Shown: positions 9,206 through 20,159 of the stretch, one piece after another | Position numbering within the stretch: the first letter of the stretch is position 1 | How the letters are laid out: every line of letters starts with the position of its first letter | Source: Acinetobacter wanghuae | GTDB taxonomy: Bacteria > Pseudomonadota > Gammaproteobacteria > Pseudomonadales > Moraxellaceae | NCBI RefSeq assembly: GCF_009557235.1 | Contig: NZ_CP045650.1 | Location: 840,001 to 872,000 of the forward strand | Direction: 5' to 3' | Length of the DNA stretch: 32,000 nucleotides | Made by a program: the position numbers and the translations under genes | Notes under the pieces: generated by a model | The model's database searches: none | Told to the model about the DNA's origin: nothing | The model's input: the letters and a program-made list of their open reading frames with translations, nothing else

Positions 9206-10064
9206 TCAATAGATCTCCTGTCCTGGTGAATGTTTATCCGAGTTGTTTATCAATTTTGTAGTGAACAAAACGGATGGATCAAAATTTGCTATAAGATTAG
9301 TGAGTACTGAAATTTTGTCAATTATACTTATGGATGAAAGCGTGCACTTGCACGTCGTATAACTTGATTAATCTTGTTATAAAAAGATCAATAAAATCAC
9401 AGTATCAAGTCGCTATAATAAGTTAAATTTTGAATGAGGTGCATAAAAAAATGCAATCATCCGCGCGAATGTTGCAAATTTTCAAACTCTTAGATTGACT
9501 TTAAAAATACTGCCAGCCTCATGAATATAGGCGTAAAAGCATATAAATCCTTCATTTAAGAGCGAGCATAATGTGTTGCCTGAATCCGGCAAAGGGTCAA
9601 TTAAACGTCAGCTTTTGTTGTTTGTTTGATTAAAAAATAACTAAAATTATGCAACTAAATGTACATTTTTTGAGTTTTTAAAAATAAATAAATGGTTTTT
9701 TGAATGCAAAATACTCGATTTTCTTAAAAAATCTATGGTGAAGACGAATCTAAGTGATTCTTTCGTTTAATGATATTAAATTAAAAGTCATTTGAAAAAA
9801 TACATGGTATTTCGAGGGGAAATGTAGCTGAAGCATGATGCTTTAAAAGGGTTGGATTTAATTTGTTGCGACAGTGTGCGCCTTTAGTCTAAAGAAGCAG
9901 GGTGCTCTACAGTATAGATTCTGACTCAAATACACGCATTTAACTATTCAAAAACAATAAAATAGCGTGTATAAATGGGTGTTGTGAATAGAGTGGAAAG
10001 GATCTTATTGTTGTTAATGATTCTTATTTAAGGCTTTTTTACTCAAAATGTCATTTTCAGTTGT

Positions 10065-10093
10065 TTGTATTTTGATAGTTCACGTTTTATAAT
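10065..10093 (+). promoter_or_regulatory. Candidate sigma70 promoter for sdhCDAB
   Basis: TTGTAT (10065-10070), 17 nt, then a perfect TATAAT (10088-10093). This would give a ~90-nt leader. The -35 element is weak, and this is only one of several possible promoters in a 986-bp spacer. Confidence 0.3.
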
Positions 10094-10162
10094 TCAGTGT
10101 CGTTTTATATTTAGGCAAGCATTTGTCTAATAATGCCAGCTTTCCTTCGAATTAATTCCAAC

Positions 10163-10182
10163 AAACTCCGGATGGAGTTTTT
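10163..10182 (+). promoter_or_regulatory. Leader hairpin immediately upstream of sdhC
   Basis: AAACTCC-GGAT-GGAGTTT (7-bp stem, 4-nt loop) followed by TT. It ends 10 nt before ATG 10192, and its 3' arm contains the only GGAG near the start. Confidence 0.3.
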
Positions 10183-10191
10183 ACTTACAGG

Positions 10192-10590
10192 ATGCCCGCT
10201 GTGAAAAGCAACAGACCTGTCAATTTGTCCATGGGTCAAGTTTTAGAAGTAAACTTAAAATCCCCTGTGGCTATTGCATCAATTTTACACCGTCTTTCAG
10301 GTGTGATCGTATTTTTACTCGTACCGGTACTTTTATGGATTTTAGACAAGTCATTGTCTTCTCCAGAAGGTTTTGCACAAGTCCAAGAAATCTTTAATAG
10401 TTTTATTGTGCGCTTTATTGTATGGGTATTTGTAGCCGGTTTAATTTTCCACTTTATCGCGGGCGTTAAGCATTTACTTGCTGATGTTGGCGTGGCGGAA
10501 GAACTGCAAAGCGGTCGCATCGCAGCTACTATTTCATTAATCTTGTCTGCAATCGGTATTGTTGCGTCATTTGTATGGATCGTACTCTAA
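10192..10590 (+). CDS. sdhC: Succinate dehydrogenase cytochrome b556 subunit (132 aa)
   Basis: RPVNL...IASILHRLSGV matches the SdhC N-terminal region and heme-ligand His context as recalled from E. coli. It has three hydrophobic helices. An alternative in-frame GTG start at 10201 has a better-spaced AGGA. Confidence 0.92.
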   Translation: MPAVKSNRPVNLSMGQVLEVNLKSPVAIASILHRLSGVIVFLLVPVLLWILDKSLSSPEGFAQVQEIFNSFIVRFIVWVFVAGLIFHFIAGVKHLLADVGVAEELQSGRIAATISLILSAIGIVASFVWIVL

Positions 10591-10955
10591 TGAAAAGTGC
10601 TACTGGTTTCTCGGGTTCAGGCTCTCGCGATTGGTTTATCCAACGTGTGAGTGCGGTTGTGCTTGCTGTTTACACTGTTGTGGTTTTTGGTTGGGTTCTG
10701 TTAAATGGCGGATTCAACTTTGAACAGTGGTACGGCTTTATGATGACATTACCAATGAAGATTTTATCTTTATTGGCAGTCTTATCTCTTGTTGCACATG
10801 CTTGGATTGGTATGTGGCAAGTATTCACAGACTATGTGACGACTCGCCAAATGGGTCCTTCAGCTTCAGGTTTACGCCTTGTACTGACTTCAGCAGTGAT
10901 TATTGCTGTATTTGCATATGCAATCTGGGCGATCCAGATTTTTTGGGCGAATTGA
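10590..10955 (+). CDS. sdhD: Succinate dehydrogenase hydrophobic membrane anchor subunit (121 aa)
   Basis: The start is placed at the ATG overlapping the sdhC stop (TAATG). The ORF-track start at 10575 lies inside sdhC. It has three transmembrane helices and the expected position between sdhC and sdhA. Confidence 0.9.
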   Translation: MKSATGFSGSGSRDWFIQRVSAVVLAVYTVVVFGWVLLNGGFNFEQWYGFMMTLPMKILSLLAVLSLVAHAWIGMWQVFTDYVTTRQMGPSASGLRLVLTSAVIIAVFAYAIWAIQIFWAN

Positions 10956-10967
10956 TAGGAAACAATC

Positions 10968-12866
10968 ATGGGCGCTATAACCCCTAAAGAAGATTACACA
11001 AATATTCCACACGAAACTTTCGATGCAGTCATCGTTGGTGGTGGTGGTTCAGGTATGCGTGCTTCTTACCAACTTGCTCAAGCTGGTTTGAAAGTTGCGG
11101 TACTGACAAAAGTATTCCCAACACGTTCACATACTGTGGCAGCACAGGGTGGTATTGGTGCATCTCTTGGTAATATGCAAGAAGATAACTGGCATTACCA
11201 CTTCTACGACACAGTTAAAGGTTCAGACTGGTTAGGTGACCAAGACGCGATCGAGTTTATGACGCGTGAAGCGCCTCAAGTGGTTTATGAACTTGAACAC
11301 CTTGGTATGCCATTTGACCGTAATGCGGATGGTACAATTTACCAACGTCCATTCGGTGGTCACGCAGCAAACTATGGTGAAAAACCAGTGCCACGTGCAT
11401 GTGCTGCAGCCGATCGTACTGGTCATGCACTGCTTCACACGCTATATCAAAGCAATGTGAAAATGGGTACTCAATTCTTCGTAGAATGGATCGCACTTGA
11501 TTTGATCCGTAACGAAGAAGGTGATGTGCTTGGCGTAACAGCAATTGACCAAGAAACAGGTAAAATTGCGGTATTCCAAGGTAAAGCAACATTGTTTGCA
11601 ACTGGTGGTGCGGGTCGTGTGTATCGTGCATCTACAAATGCATATATCAACACTGGTGACGGTCTTGGTATGGCAGCACGTGCGGGTATTCCATTGCAAG
11701 ATATGGAATTCTGGCAGTTCCACCCGACAGGTGTTGCGGGCGCAGGCGTGTTGTTGACAGAAGGTTGTCGTGGTGAGGGTGCAATCCTTCGTAACGATTC
11801 TGGCGAGCCGTTCATGGAGCGCTATGCACCAACATTGAAAGACTTGGCACCACGTGACTTCGTATCACGTTCTATGGACCAAGAAATCAAAGAAGGTCGT
11901 GGTTGTGGTCCGAAAAAAGACTACATCTTGCTTGATATGACGCACTTGGGTGCTGAAACAATCATGAAACGTCTTCCATCTGTATTTGAGATTGGTAAGA
12001 AATTCGCGAACGTTGATATCACTAAAGAGCCAATTCCTGTTGTACCGACAATCCATTATCAAATGGGTGGTATTCCAACGAATATTCACGGTCAAGTGGT
12101 TGTTCCTGAAACACGCGAAACTGAAGAATTGGTTGCAAACTACAACAAAGAAACAGGTGTGTACTCACACAATGCAGGTGAACGTAACTTCACTAAACCT
12201 GTAAAAGGTTTCTATGCAATTGGTGAATGTTCTTGCGTATCTGTACATGGTGCAAACCGTTTAGGTACCAACTCACTGCTTGACTTGGTTGTATTTGGTA
12301 AAGCTGCGGGTGAACATATTGTTGATTACGTGACTAAACATCACGGTGATGAATATGCGCCACTTCCAACAACTGTACTTGAGCAAACTGTTGCACGTAT
12401 TCGTAAATTAGACGAATCAACAACAGGTGAAAATGCGCAAGAAGTTGCTGATGCTATTCGTGATATCGTTCAAGATCATGCAGGTGTATTCCGTACTTCA
12501 GCATTGCTTGAAGAGGGTGTTAAGCAAATCCTTGCAATCGAGCCACGCGTTCGTAACATTCATTTGAAAGACAAATCTAAAGTATTCAACACTGCGCGTA
12601 TTGAAGCACTTGAAGTTGAAAACTTGTATGAAGTCGCGAAAGCAACCTTGATTTCTGCGGCTGCGCGTAAAGAGTGTCGTGGTGCGCATACGGTTGTTGA
12701 TTACGAGTTACCACCTGATCATGCAGAATATCCGTACGGTCGTCGTGATGATGAGTGGATGAAACACACATTATGGTTCGCAACAGATAACCATCTTGAG
12801 TACAAACCAGTACGTTATAAACCGTTATCGGTTGATGCGATTCCACCGAAACCACGTACATTCTAA
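10968..12866 (+). CDS. sdhA: Succinate dehydrogenase flavoprotein subunit (632 aa)
   Basis: FAD motif VVGGGGSGMRAS, covalent-FAD histidine context RSHTVAAQGG, and active-site HPTG and RGEG. The SD is AGGAAA. It contains a lineage-specific insertion (see findings). Confidence 0.97.
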   Translation: MGAITPKEDYTNIPHETFDAVIVGGGGSGMRASYQLAQAGLKVAVLTKVFPTRSHTVAAQGGIGASLGNMQEDNWHYHFYDTVKGSDWLGDQDAIEFMTREAPQVVYELEHLGMPFDRNADGTIYQRPFGGHAANYGEKPVPRACAAADRTGHALLHTLYQSNVKMGTQFFVEWIALDLIRNEEGDVLGVTAIDQETGKIAVFQGKATLFATGGAGRVYRASTNAYINTGDGLGMAARAGIPLQDMEFWQFHPTGVAGAGVLLTEGCRGEGAILRNDSGEPFMERYAPTLKDLAPRDFVSRSMDQEIKEGRGCGPKKDYILLDMTHLGAETIMKRLPSVFEIGKKFANVDITKEPIPVVPTIHYQMGGIPTNIHGQVVVPETRETEELVANYNKETGVYSHNAGERNFTKPVKGFYAIGECSCVSVHGANRLGTNSLLDLVVFGKAAGEHIVDYVTKHHGDEYAPLPTTVLEQTVARIRKLDESTTGENAQEVADAIRDIVQDHAGVFRTSALLEEGVKQILAIEPRVRNIHLKDKSKVFNTARIEALEVENLYEVAKATLISAAARKECRGAHTVVDYELPPDHAEYPYGRRDDEWMKHTLWFATDNHLEYKPVRYKPLSVDAIPPKPRTF

Positions 12867-12880
12867 TTAGGAGAGTTGAG

Positions 12881-13591
12881 ATGAGTAGAGGTACTCGTAC
12901 ATTTAATATCTACCGCTACGATCCTGATAAGGATGCAGCACCGTACATGCAAACGTTCAAGCTTGAATTGACTGATAAGCATCGTATGTTGCTTGATGCG
13001 CTTCTTGCATTGAAAGTTCAAGACGAATCTTTGACTTTCCGTCGTTCATGCCGTGAAGGGATCTGTGGTTCTGATGGTGTGAACATTAATGGTAAAAATG
13101 GTTTAGCGTGTCTTTGGAACCTAAACGATTTACCAGAAACCATCACGATTCGTCCTTTACCTGGTTTGCCAGTGATTAAAGATTTAGTTGTGGATATGAA
13201 TCAGTTCTACGCACAATATGACAAAATTCATCCATTCTTAATTAACAATCAACCTGCGCCACCAAAAGAGCGTTTACAGTCTCCTGAAGAACGTGAACAC
13301 CTTGATGGTTTGTATGAATGTATTCTTTGTGCATGTTGTTCAACATCATGCCCATCATTCTGGTGGAACCCTGATAAATTCTTGGGTCCTTCAGCATTGT
13401 TGAATGCATACCGTTTCATCATTGACTCACGTGACTCTGCAACACAAGAACGTTTGGCTCGTCTTGACGATCCATTCTCATTGTTCCGTTGTAAAGGCAT
13501 CATGAACTGTGTATCGGTATGTCCAAAAGGCTTGAACCCTACAAAAGCAATCGGTCACATCCGTAACATGCTTTTAGATATGGCAGGCTAA
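12881..13591 (+). CDS. sdhB: Succinate dehydrogenase iron-sulfur subunit (236 aa)
   Basis: Three Cys clusters are present: CREGICGSDG (2Fe-2S), CILCACCSTSCP (4Fe-4S) and CKGIMNCVSVCP (3Fe-4S). The SD is AGGAGA. Confidence 0.97.
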   Translation: MSRGTRTFNIYRYDPDKDAAPYMQTFKLELTDKHRMLLDALLALKVQDESLTFRRSCREGICGSDGVNINGKNGLACLWNLNDLPETITIRPLPGLPVIKDLVVDMNQFYAQYDKIHPFLINNQPAPPKERLQSPEEREHLDGLYECILCACCSTSCPSFWWNPDKFLGPSALLNAYRFIIDSRDSATQERLARLDDPFSLFRCKGIMNCVSVCPKGLNPTKAIGHIRNMLLDMAG

Positions 13592-13611
13592 TTGACTGAT
13601 CGTTCAGTTTG

Positions 13612-13644
13612 AAAAAAAGCACACCTTTGGGTGTGCTTTTTTTA
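13612..13644 (+). terminator. Rho-independent terminator after sdhB
   Basis: AAAAAAAGCACACC-TTTG-GGTGTGCTTTTTTT: a 7-bp GC-rich stem extended by A/T pairs, followed by T7. Confidence 0.85.
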
Positions 13645-14389
13645 TGTTTTTCTATTCAAAATACGATTTAAACTTATAAATTTGCTCGGATGAAGAATGG
13701 ACTAAAAGTGTAGTAATCATGTGCGGGTTAAATTGCTCAAGTAAAGTGCAAAAATCAGGATTTATTTTTTTGAATTATTCGTCATTATAGTGCTAAAACA
13801 GAACTGAATATTATTACAGATGATGTTATGATATAACGCAGTAAGTAAGAGGGTAGGTTCATCAATTTACTCTCTTTTTTGTTTGTTTAGAATATCTAAT
13901 ACTTTAGTCTATGATGTATGTTTATTTTAAACAACACGCCATAGATTAGCGCAAAATTGCGCTGTTGTATTTAGTCAATTTATGAGCGGTATGTGTCAAA
14001 AAAATCAATTGAAAAGTTGAGTATGTGATAGCATTTGCAGCACATCTATATTTAAAAAAACCATGATTTATGTACATTTTTCAAACATTGGACATGCATG
14101 GCTTGGTATATAAATGTAAACAAAAGTCGTTTTAGCAAAAATGTTGGTTTGACCGATCTTTTTTCTAAGTCGATTTGCAAAAAATTGCTCGGTTTCGATC
14201 GGGTATCCAATGGGTGATGATGCCGCTGAGGGGCGTTATTATTCATTAAGTATACCGAGGTGTTCTTGGTGTGCTGATAACGCCTCATGGCTTATGCCTT
14301 ATGGGGGACTAATGTCATCTTACAAATATGACATTAATAATCCTGGGTTTTGCTTATAAAGCATCCTGAAAATGTTTTTGCAATAGGAA

Positions 14390-17224
14390 ATGGGTCCACA
14401 AATGCAAGAAGTTGCTGACGCTCTGCGTCTTGACACTGAACTAAGCGCTGATAGTGCAGCGTATATTGAAGAACTTTATGAGCAGTATTTAACCGCTCCA
14501 GAATCAGTAGGTGCTGACTGGCAGGAATACTTCGGTAAATTCCCTAAAGGTGATCAACCTCATAGCAATGTACGTGAGCAATTCCTTCTCCTAGGTCGTA
14601 ACTCAAGTCGTGTTCAGCCTGTGGTTCAAAGTGCGGTAAGCTCAGAACATGAACGTCGTCAAATTGGCGTATTACAACTGATTGCTGCCTACCGTAACCG
14701 CGGTCACCAAAAAGCAAAACTTGATCCATTAGGTCTTGCAAAACGTGAACAAGCTTTCGACTTAGAATTGAGCGCTCACGGTTTAACCCAATCTGACCTA
14801 GACACTGTATTCAATACCGGTAATCTTGCGATTGGTAAAGAAGAAGCGACACTGGGTGAAATTATTGCTGCATTAGAATCAACTTACTGTTCTACAGTTG
14901 GTTCTGAATACATGCACATTGTTGATACCAAAGAAAAACGTTGGATTCAACAACGCCTTGAAGGTGCTCGCGGTCAATTTAACTTCAATGCAGATCAGAA
15001 AAAACACGTCCTTGAACGTTTAACTGCAGCTGAAGGTCTTGAAAAATACCTCGGTAACAAATTCGTTGGTGCAAAACGTTTTGGTGTAGAAGGCGGTGAG
15101 TCTTTCATTCCAATGGTTGACAGCTTAATTCAACGCGCTGGTGCAGTGGGTTGTAAAGAAGTTGTGATTGGTATGCCACACCGTGGTCGTTTAAACCTTC
15201 TTGTCAACATTATGGGTAAAAACCCAGCTGACTTGTTTGGCGAGTTCGAAGGCAAAACCTTAGCGAAAAAAGGTTCTGGCGACGTTAAATATCACCAAGG
15301 TTTCTCATCAAATGTCATGACTACAGGTGGCGAAGTTCACTTGGCATTGGCATTTAACCCATCACACTTAGAAATCGTTGGGCCTGTTGTTGAAGGTTCT
15401 GTACGCGCACGTCAAGTTCGTCGTAAAGATATCGGTGGTGATGACGTATTACCAATTATTGTTCACGGTGATGCAGCATTTGCAGGTCAAGGTATTAACC
15501 AAGAAACCTTCCAAATGTCACAAACACGTGGCTTTACAGTAGGTGGTACAGTTCACATCGTTGTAAACAACCAAGTGGGCTTCACAACATCTGATCCACG
15601 TGATGCGCGTTCTACAGAATACTGTACTGACATCGCAAAAATGATCCAAGCACCGATCTTCCATGTGAACGGTGATGATCCTGAAGCGGTATTGTTTGTT
15701 GCACAGTTGGCACATGATTTCCGTCATACATTCCGTAAAGATGTTGTGATTGACATGTTCTGCTACCGTCGTCGTGGTCATAACGAAGCGGACGAACCTG
15801 CTGCAACTCAACCAATGATGTATCAAGTGATTACGAAAAAAGCGACAACACGTACGCTTTATGCAGATCAACTTGTACAACAAGGTATTTTGGATCGTGC
15901 GACTGCTGACGCGATGGTTGAACAGTATCGTTCTGATCTTGAAGCAGGTAAACACGTTGCCAATGCACTTGTGCTTGAACCAAATACAAAAATGTTTGTG
16001 GATTGGAAACCTTACTTAGGTCATGAATACACAGACGAATGGGATACAACATTCCCAATCGAACGCTTAAAAGAACTTGGTCAAAAAATGCGTGAGCTTC
16101 CTGAAGGCTTCGTAATGCAACGCCAAGTATCGAAAGTGATCGATGACCGTTTAAAAATGCAAACTGGCGAAATGCCATTGAACTGGGGTGCTGCTGAAAC
16201 TTTAGCGTATGCATCCGTTCTTGATGAAGGCTTCCTGGTTCGTTTAACAGGTGAAGACGTAGGTCGTGGTACATTCTCACACCGCCATGCGAAACTTCAT
16301 AACCAAGTGGATGGTTCAACTTACATTCCATTATGTAACTTGAAAGAAAACCAACCACGTACTGCAATCTATGACTCTTTATTGTCAGAAATGGCAGTGC
16401 TTGCATTTGAATACGGTTATGCAACCACGCTTCCAAAGAGCCTTGTGATTTGGGAAGCGCAGTTCGGTGACTTCGCAAACTGTGCACAAGTGGTGATTGA
16501 CCAATTCATCTCATCTGGTGAAACCAAATGGGAACGTGTGTGTGGCTTAACCATGCTTCTTCCACACGGTTTTGAAGGTCAAGGTCCTGAGCATTCATCT
16601 GCACGTTTAGAACGTTTCTTACAGCTATGTGCTGAAGACAACATGCAAGTGATTACACCGACTACGCCTGCACAGATTTATCATGCGCTGCGTCGTCAAG
16701 CACTTCGTCCAATCCGTAAACCATTGATCGTCACTTCACCGAAGTCGCTTCTTCGTCACAAACTTGCAACGTCTACGCTTGAAGAGCTTGCAACTGGTTC
16801 ATTCCAAACTGTGATTGATGAAGTTGATAACATCAACAAGTCAGACGTGACTCGTCTTGTGCTTTGTGGTGGTAAGGTTTACTACGATTTAGTTGAAAAA
16901 CGTCGTGAAAAAGAATTAAACAACACTGCGATCGTTCGTATTGAACAATTGTATCCATACCCAGAAGCACGTCTTGCTGAAGTTCTTGCACAATATCCAA
17001 ATGTGAAAGAGCTTGTTTGGGCTCAAGAAGAGCCTAAAAACCAAGGTGCTTGGTTGTTCATTGCACCTCGTTTATATGACGACGTGATGAAAGCGGGTAA
17101 ACAAGTCCGTATTAGCTACGCTGGCCGTGAAGCATCTGCTGCACCGGCTTGTGGTTCACCATATTTGCATGCAAAACAACAAGCTCAGCTCGTTAACGAC
17201 GCTTTAGCGATCGATGCTGAATAA
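14390..17224 (+). CDS. sucA: 2-oxoglutarate dehydrogenase E1 component (944 aa; alternative start at ATG 14402)
   Basis: Full-length E1o. The N-terminal IEELYEQYL motif, the ThDP-binding region (GDAAFAGQG...NNQVGFTT) and the length all match SucA. Confidence 0.97.
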   Translation: MGPQMQEVADALRLDTELSADSAAYIEELYEQYLTAPESVGADWQEYFGKFPKGDQPHSNVREQFLLLGRNSSRVQPVVQSAVSSEHERRQIGVLQLIAAYRNRGHQKAKLDPLGLAKREQAFDLELSAHGLTQSDLDTVFNTGNLAIGKEEATLGEIIAALESTYCSTVGSEYMHIVDTKEKRWIQQRLEGARGQFNFNADQKKHVLERLTAAEGLEKYLGNKFVGAKRFGVEGGESFIPMVDSLIQRAGAVGCKEVVIGMPHRGRLNLLVNIMGKNPADLFGEFEGKTLAKKGSGDVKYHQGFSSNVMTTGGEVHLALAFNPSHLEIVGPVVEGSVRARQVRRKDIGGDDVLPIIVHGDAAFAGQGINQETFQMSQTRGFTVGGTVHIVVNNQVGFTTSDPRDARSTEYCTDIAKMIQAPIFHVNGDDPEAVLFVAQLAHDFRHTFRKDVVIDMFCYRRRGHNEADEPAATQPMMYQVITKKATTRTLYADQLVQQGILDRATADAMVEQYRSDLEAGKHVANALVLEPNTKMFVDWKPYLGHEYTDEWDTTFPIERLKELGQKMRELPEGFVMQRQVSKVIDDRLKMQTGEMPLNWGAAETLAYASVLDEGFLVRLTGEDVGRGTFSHRHAKLHNQVDGSTYIPLCNLKENQPRTAIYDSLLSEMAVLAFEYGYATTLPKSLVIWEAQFGDFANCAQVVIDQFISSGETKWERVCGLTMLLPHGFEGQGPEHSSARLERFLQLCAEDNMQVITPTTPAQIYHALRRQALRPIRKPLIVTSPKSLLRHKLATSTLEELATGSFQTVIDEVDNINKSDVTRLVLCGGKVYYDLVEKRREKELNNTAIVRIEQLYPYPEARLAEVLAQYPNVKELVWAQEEPKNQGAWLFIAPRLYDDVMKAGKQVRISYAGREASAAPACGSPYLHAKQQAQLVNDALAIDAE

Positions 17225-17243
17225 TCCAGGAGATTCTAAAATC

Positions 17244-18458
17244 ATGGCAACCGAAATTAAAGCACCGGTATTCCCAGAGTCAGTTGCAGACGGTACGATT
17301 GCAACTTGGCATAAACAACCAGGTGAAGCAGTATCACGTGATGAAGTGATCTGTGATATTGAAACTGATAAAGTTGTTTTAGAAGTTGTTGCTCCTGCGG
17401 ATGGCACACTTGCATCGATCATTAAAGGCGAAGGCGATACTGTTCTTTCAAATGAAGTGATTGCTCAGTTTGAAGAAGGTGCTGTATCTGGCGCTGCTCA
17501 AACTCAAGCGGTTCAATCTGAAGAGAAAGTTGAACAAGCTGCTGCACAAACTGAAGCAGGTAATTCACCAATCGTTGAACGTGCACAAGTGCAAGATCAA
17601 GCGCCTGCAGTACGTAAAGCATTGACTGAAACTGGTATTGCTGCGAGCGATGTTGCTGGTTCTGGTCGTGGTGGTCGTATCACTAAAGAAGACGTTGCAA
17701 ATCATCAAGCGAAACCGGCTGCTCCTGCTGCTGCACCTTTAAGTGTTGCTGTAGGCGAACGTATCGAAAAACGTGTTCCGATGACTCGTCTTCGTAAGCG
17801 TGTTGCTGAACGTCTTCTTGCTGCAACGCAAGAAACTGCAATGCTCACAACGTTTAACGAAGTGAACATGAAACCAATCATGGAAATGCGTGCACAATAT
17901 AAAGATGCATTCGAAAAACGCCATGGTGCACGTCTAGGCTTCATGTCATTCTTCGTGAAAGCAGCAACTGAAGCACTTAAACGCTACCCAGCGGTAAATG
18001 CTTCTATTGATGGCAACGACATCGTGTATCACGGTTTCTATGACATCGGTGTAGCTGTTTCATCTGAACGTGGTCTTGTAGTTCCTGTTCTTCGTGATAC
18101 AGACCGCATGAACTATGCTGAAGTTGAAAATGGTATCCGTGCTTACGCTGCGAAAGCGCGTGATGGCAAATTGGGTATCGAAGATATGACTGGCGGTACA
18201 TTCACCATCACAAATGGTGGTACGTTCGGTTCATTGCTTTCTACACCTATTCTAAATACACCACAAACCGCTATTTTGGGTATGCATAAAATCCAAGAGC
18301 GTCCAATGGCGGTAAATGGTCAAGTTGAAATCTTGCCAATGATGTACTTAGCGCTTTCTTATGACCACCGTTTAATCGATGGTAAAGAAGCCGTAGGCTT
18401 CCTTGTGACAATCAAAGAATTGTTAGAAGAACCAGCACGTCTTATCCTTGACCTATAA
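17244..18458 (+). CDS. sucB: Dihydrolipoyllysine-residue succinyltransferase, E2o (404 aa)
   Basis: Start at ATG 17244 ([13 protein letters not shown]), with AGGAG 11 nt upstream. It has a single lipoyl domain (IETDKVV), an Ala/Pro/Gln linker and the catalytic DHRLIDG. The ORF-track start at 17214 overlaps the sucA stop. Confidence 0.96.
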   Translation: MATEIKAPVFPESVADGTIATWHKQPGEAVSRDEVICDIETDKVVLEVVAPADGTLASIIKGEGDTVLSNEVIAQFEEGAVSGAAQTQAVQSEEKVEQAAAQTEAGNSPIVERAQVQDQAPAVRKALTETGIAASDVAGSGRGGRITKEDVANHQAKPAAPAAAPLSVAVGERIEKRVPMTRLRKRVAERLLAATQETAMLTTFNEVNMKPIMEMRAQYKDAFEKRHGARLGFMSFFVKAATEALKRYPAVNASIDGNDIVYHGFYDIGVAVSSERGLVVPVLRDTDRMNYAEVENGIRAYAAKARDGKLGIEDMTGGTFTITNGGTFGSLLSTPILNTPQTAILGMHKIQERPMAVNGQVEILPMMYLALSYDHRLIDGKEAVGFLVTIKELLEEPARLILDL

Positions 18459-18471
18459 TTTATACACTTAA

Positions 18472-19984
<1,513 letters not shown>

Positions 19985-19989
19985 TTCGA

Positions 19990-20019
19990 AAAAAAGAGCG
20001 GCTTAGGCCGCTCTTTTTG
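19990..20019 (+). terminator. Rho-independent terminator after lpdA
   Basis: AAAAAAGAGCGGC-TTAG-GCCGCTCTTTTT: an 8-bp GC-rich stem followed by T5. Confidence 0.85.
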
Positions 20020-20159
20020 CATTTGATGGTTGTTTTTGTATGAATAATCATCTAAAAATAATGATAAGAAATAATTTTAATTTTTAGCACCAAAGCTGCG
20101 TTGACGGATGTCTGGGTTTTGGGAAGTCATAACAACGTAAGAATAGAAAAGGTTGATGA

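Noticed and set aside
9451-9498. A 15-codon ORF (MQSSARMLQIFKLLD) with a GAGGTG 9 nt upstream, in the gltA/sdhC spacer.
   Set aside because: It is too short to distinguish from chance in 986 bp of AT-rich DNA, and I cannot assess its conservation. It is covered by the general finding on the spacer.
11232-12861. Many 60-124-aa ORFs on both strands inside sdhA (for example 11257-11631, 11471-11815, 12586-12861).
   Set aside because: These are shadow ORFs inside a strongly codon-biased, unambiguously identified gene. Their products are low-complexity, rich in Cys, His and Thr, and carry no motifs or SDs.
14052-14288. A 78-aa minus-strand ORF in the sdhB-sucA spacer.
   Set aside because: It is AT-rich, has a low-complexity product, and has no SD or motif. 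It overlaps the probable sucA promoter/leader, so it is most likely non-coding.
15518-16487. Antisense ORFs of 145 aa and 218 aa inside sucA, plus similar ones inside gltA, nadE, sucB, lpdA, cysN and the flotillin gene.
   Set aside because: They lie entirely within well-supported genes on the opposite strand or in another frame. Their composition is atypical. Long antisense ORFs of this kind are expected by chance in biased coding DNA.
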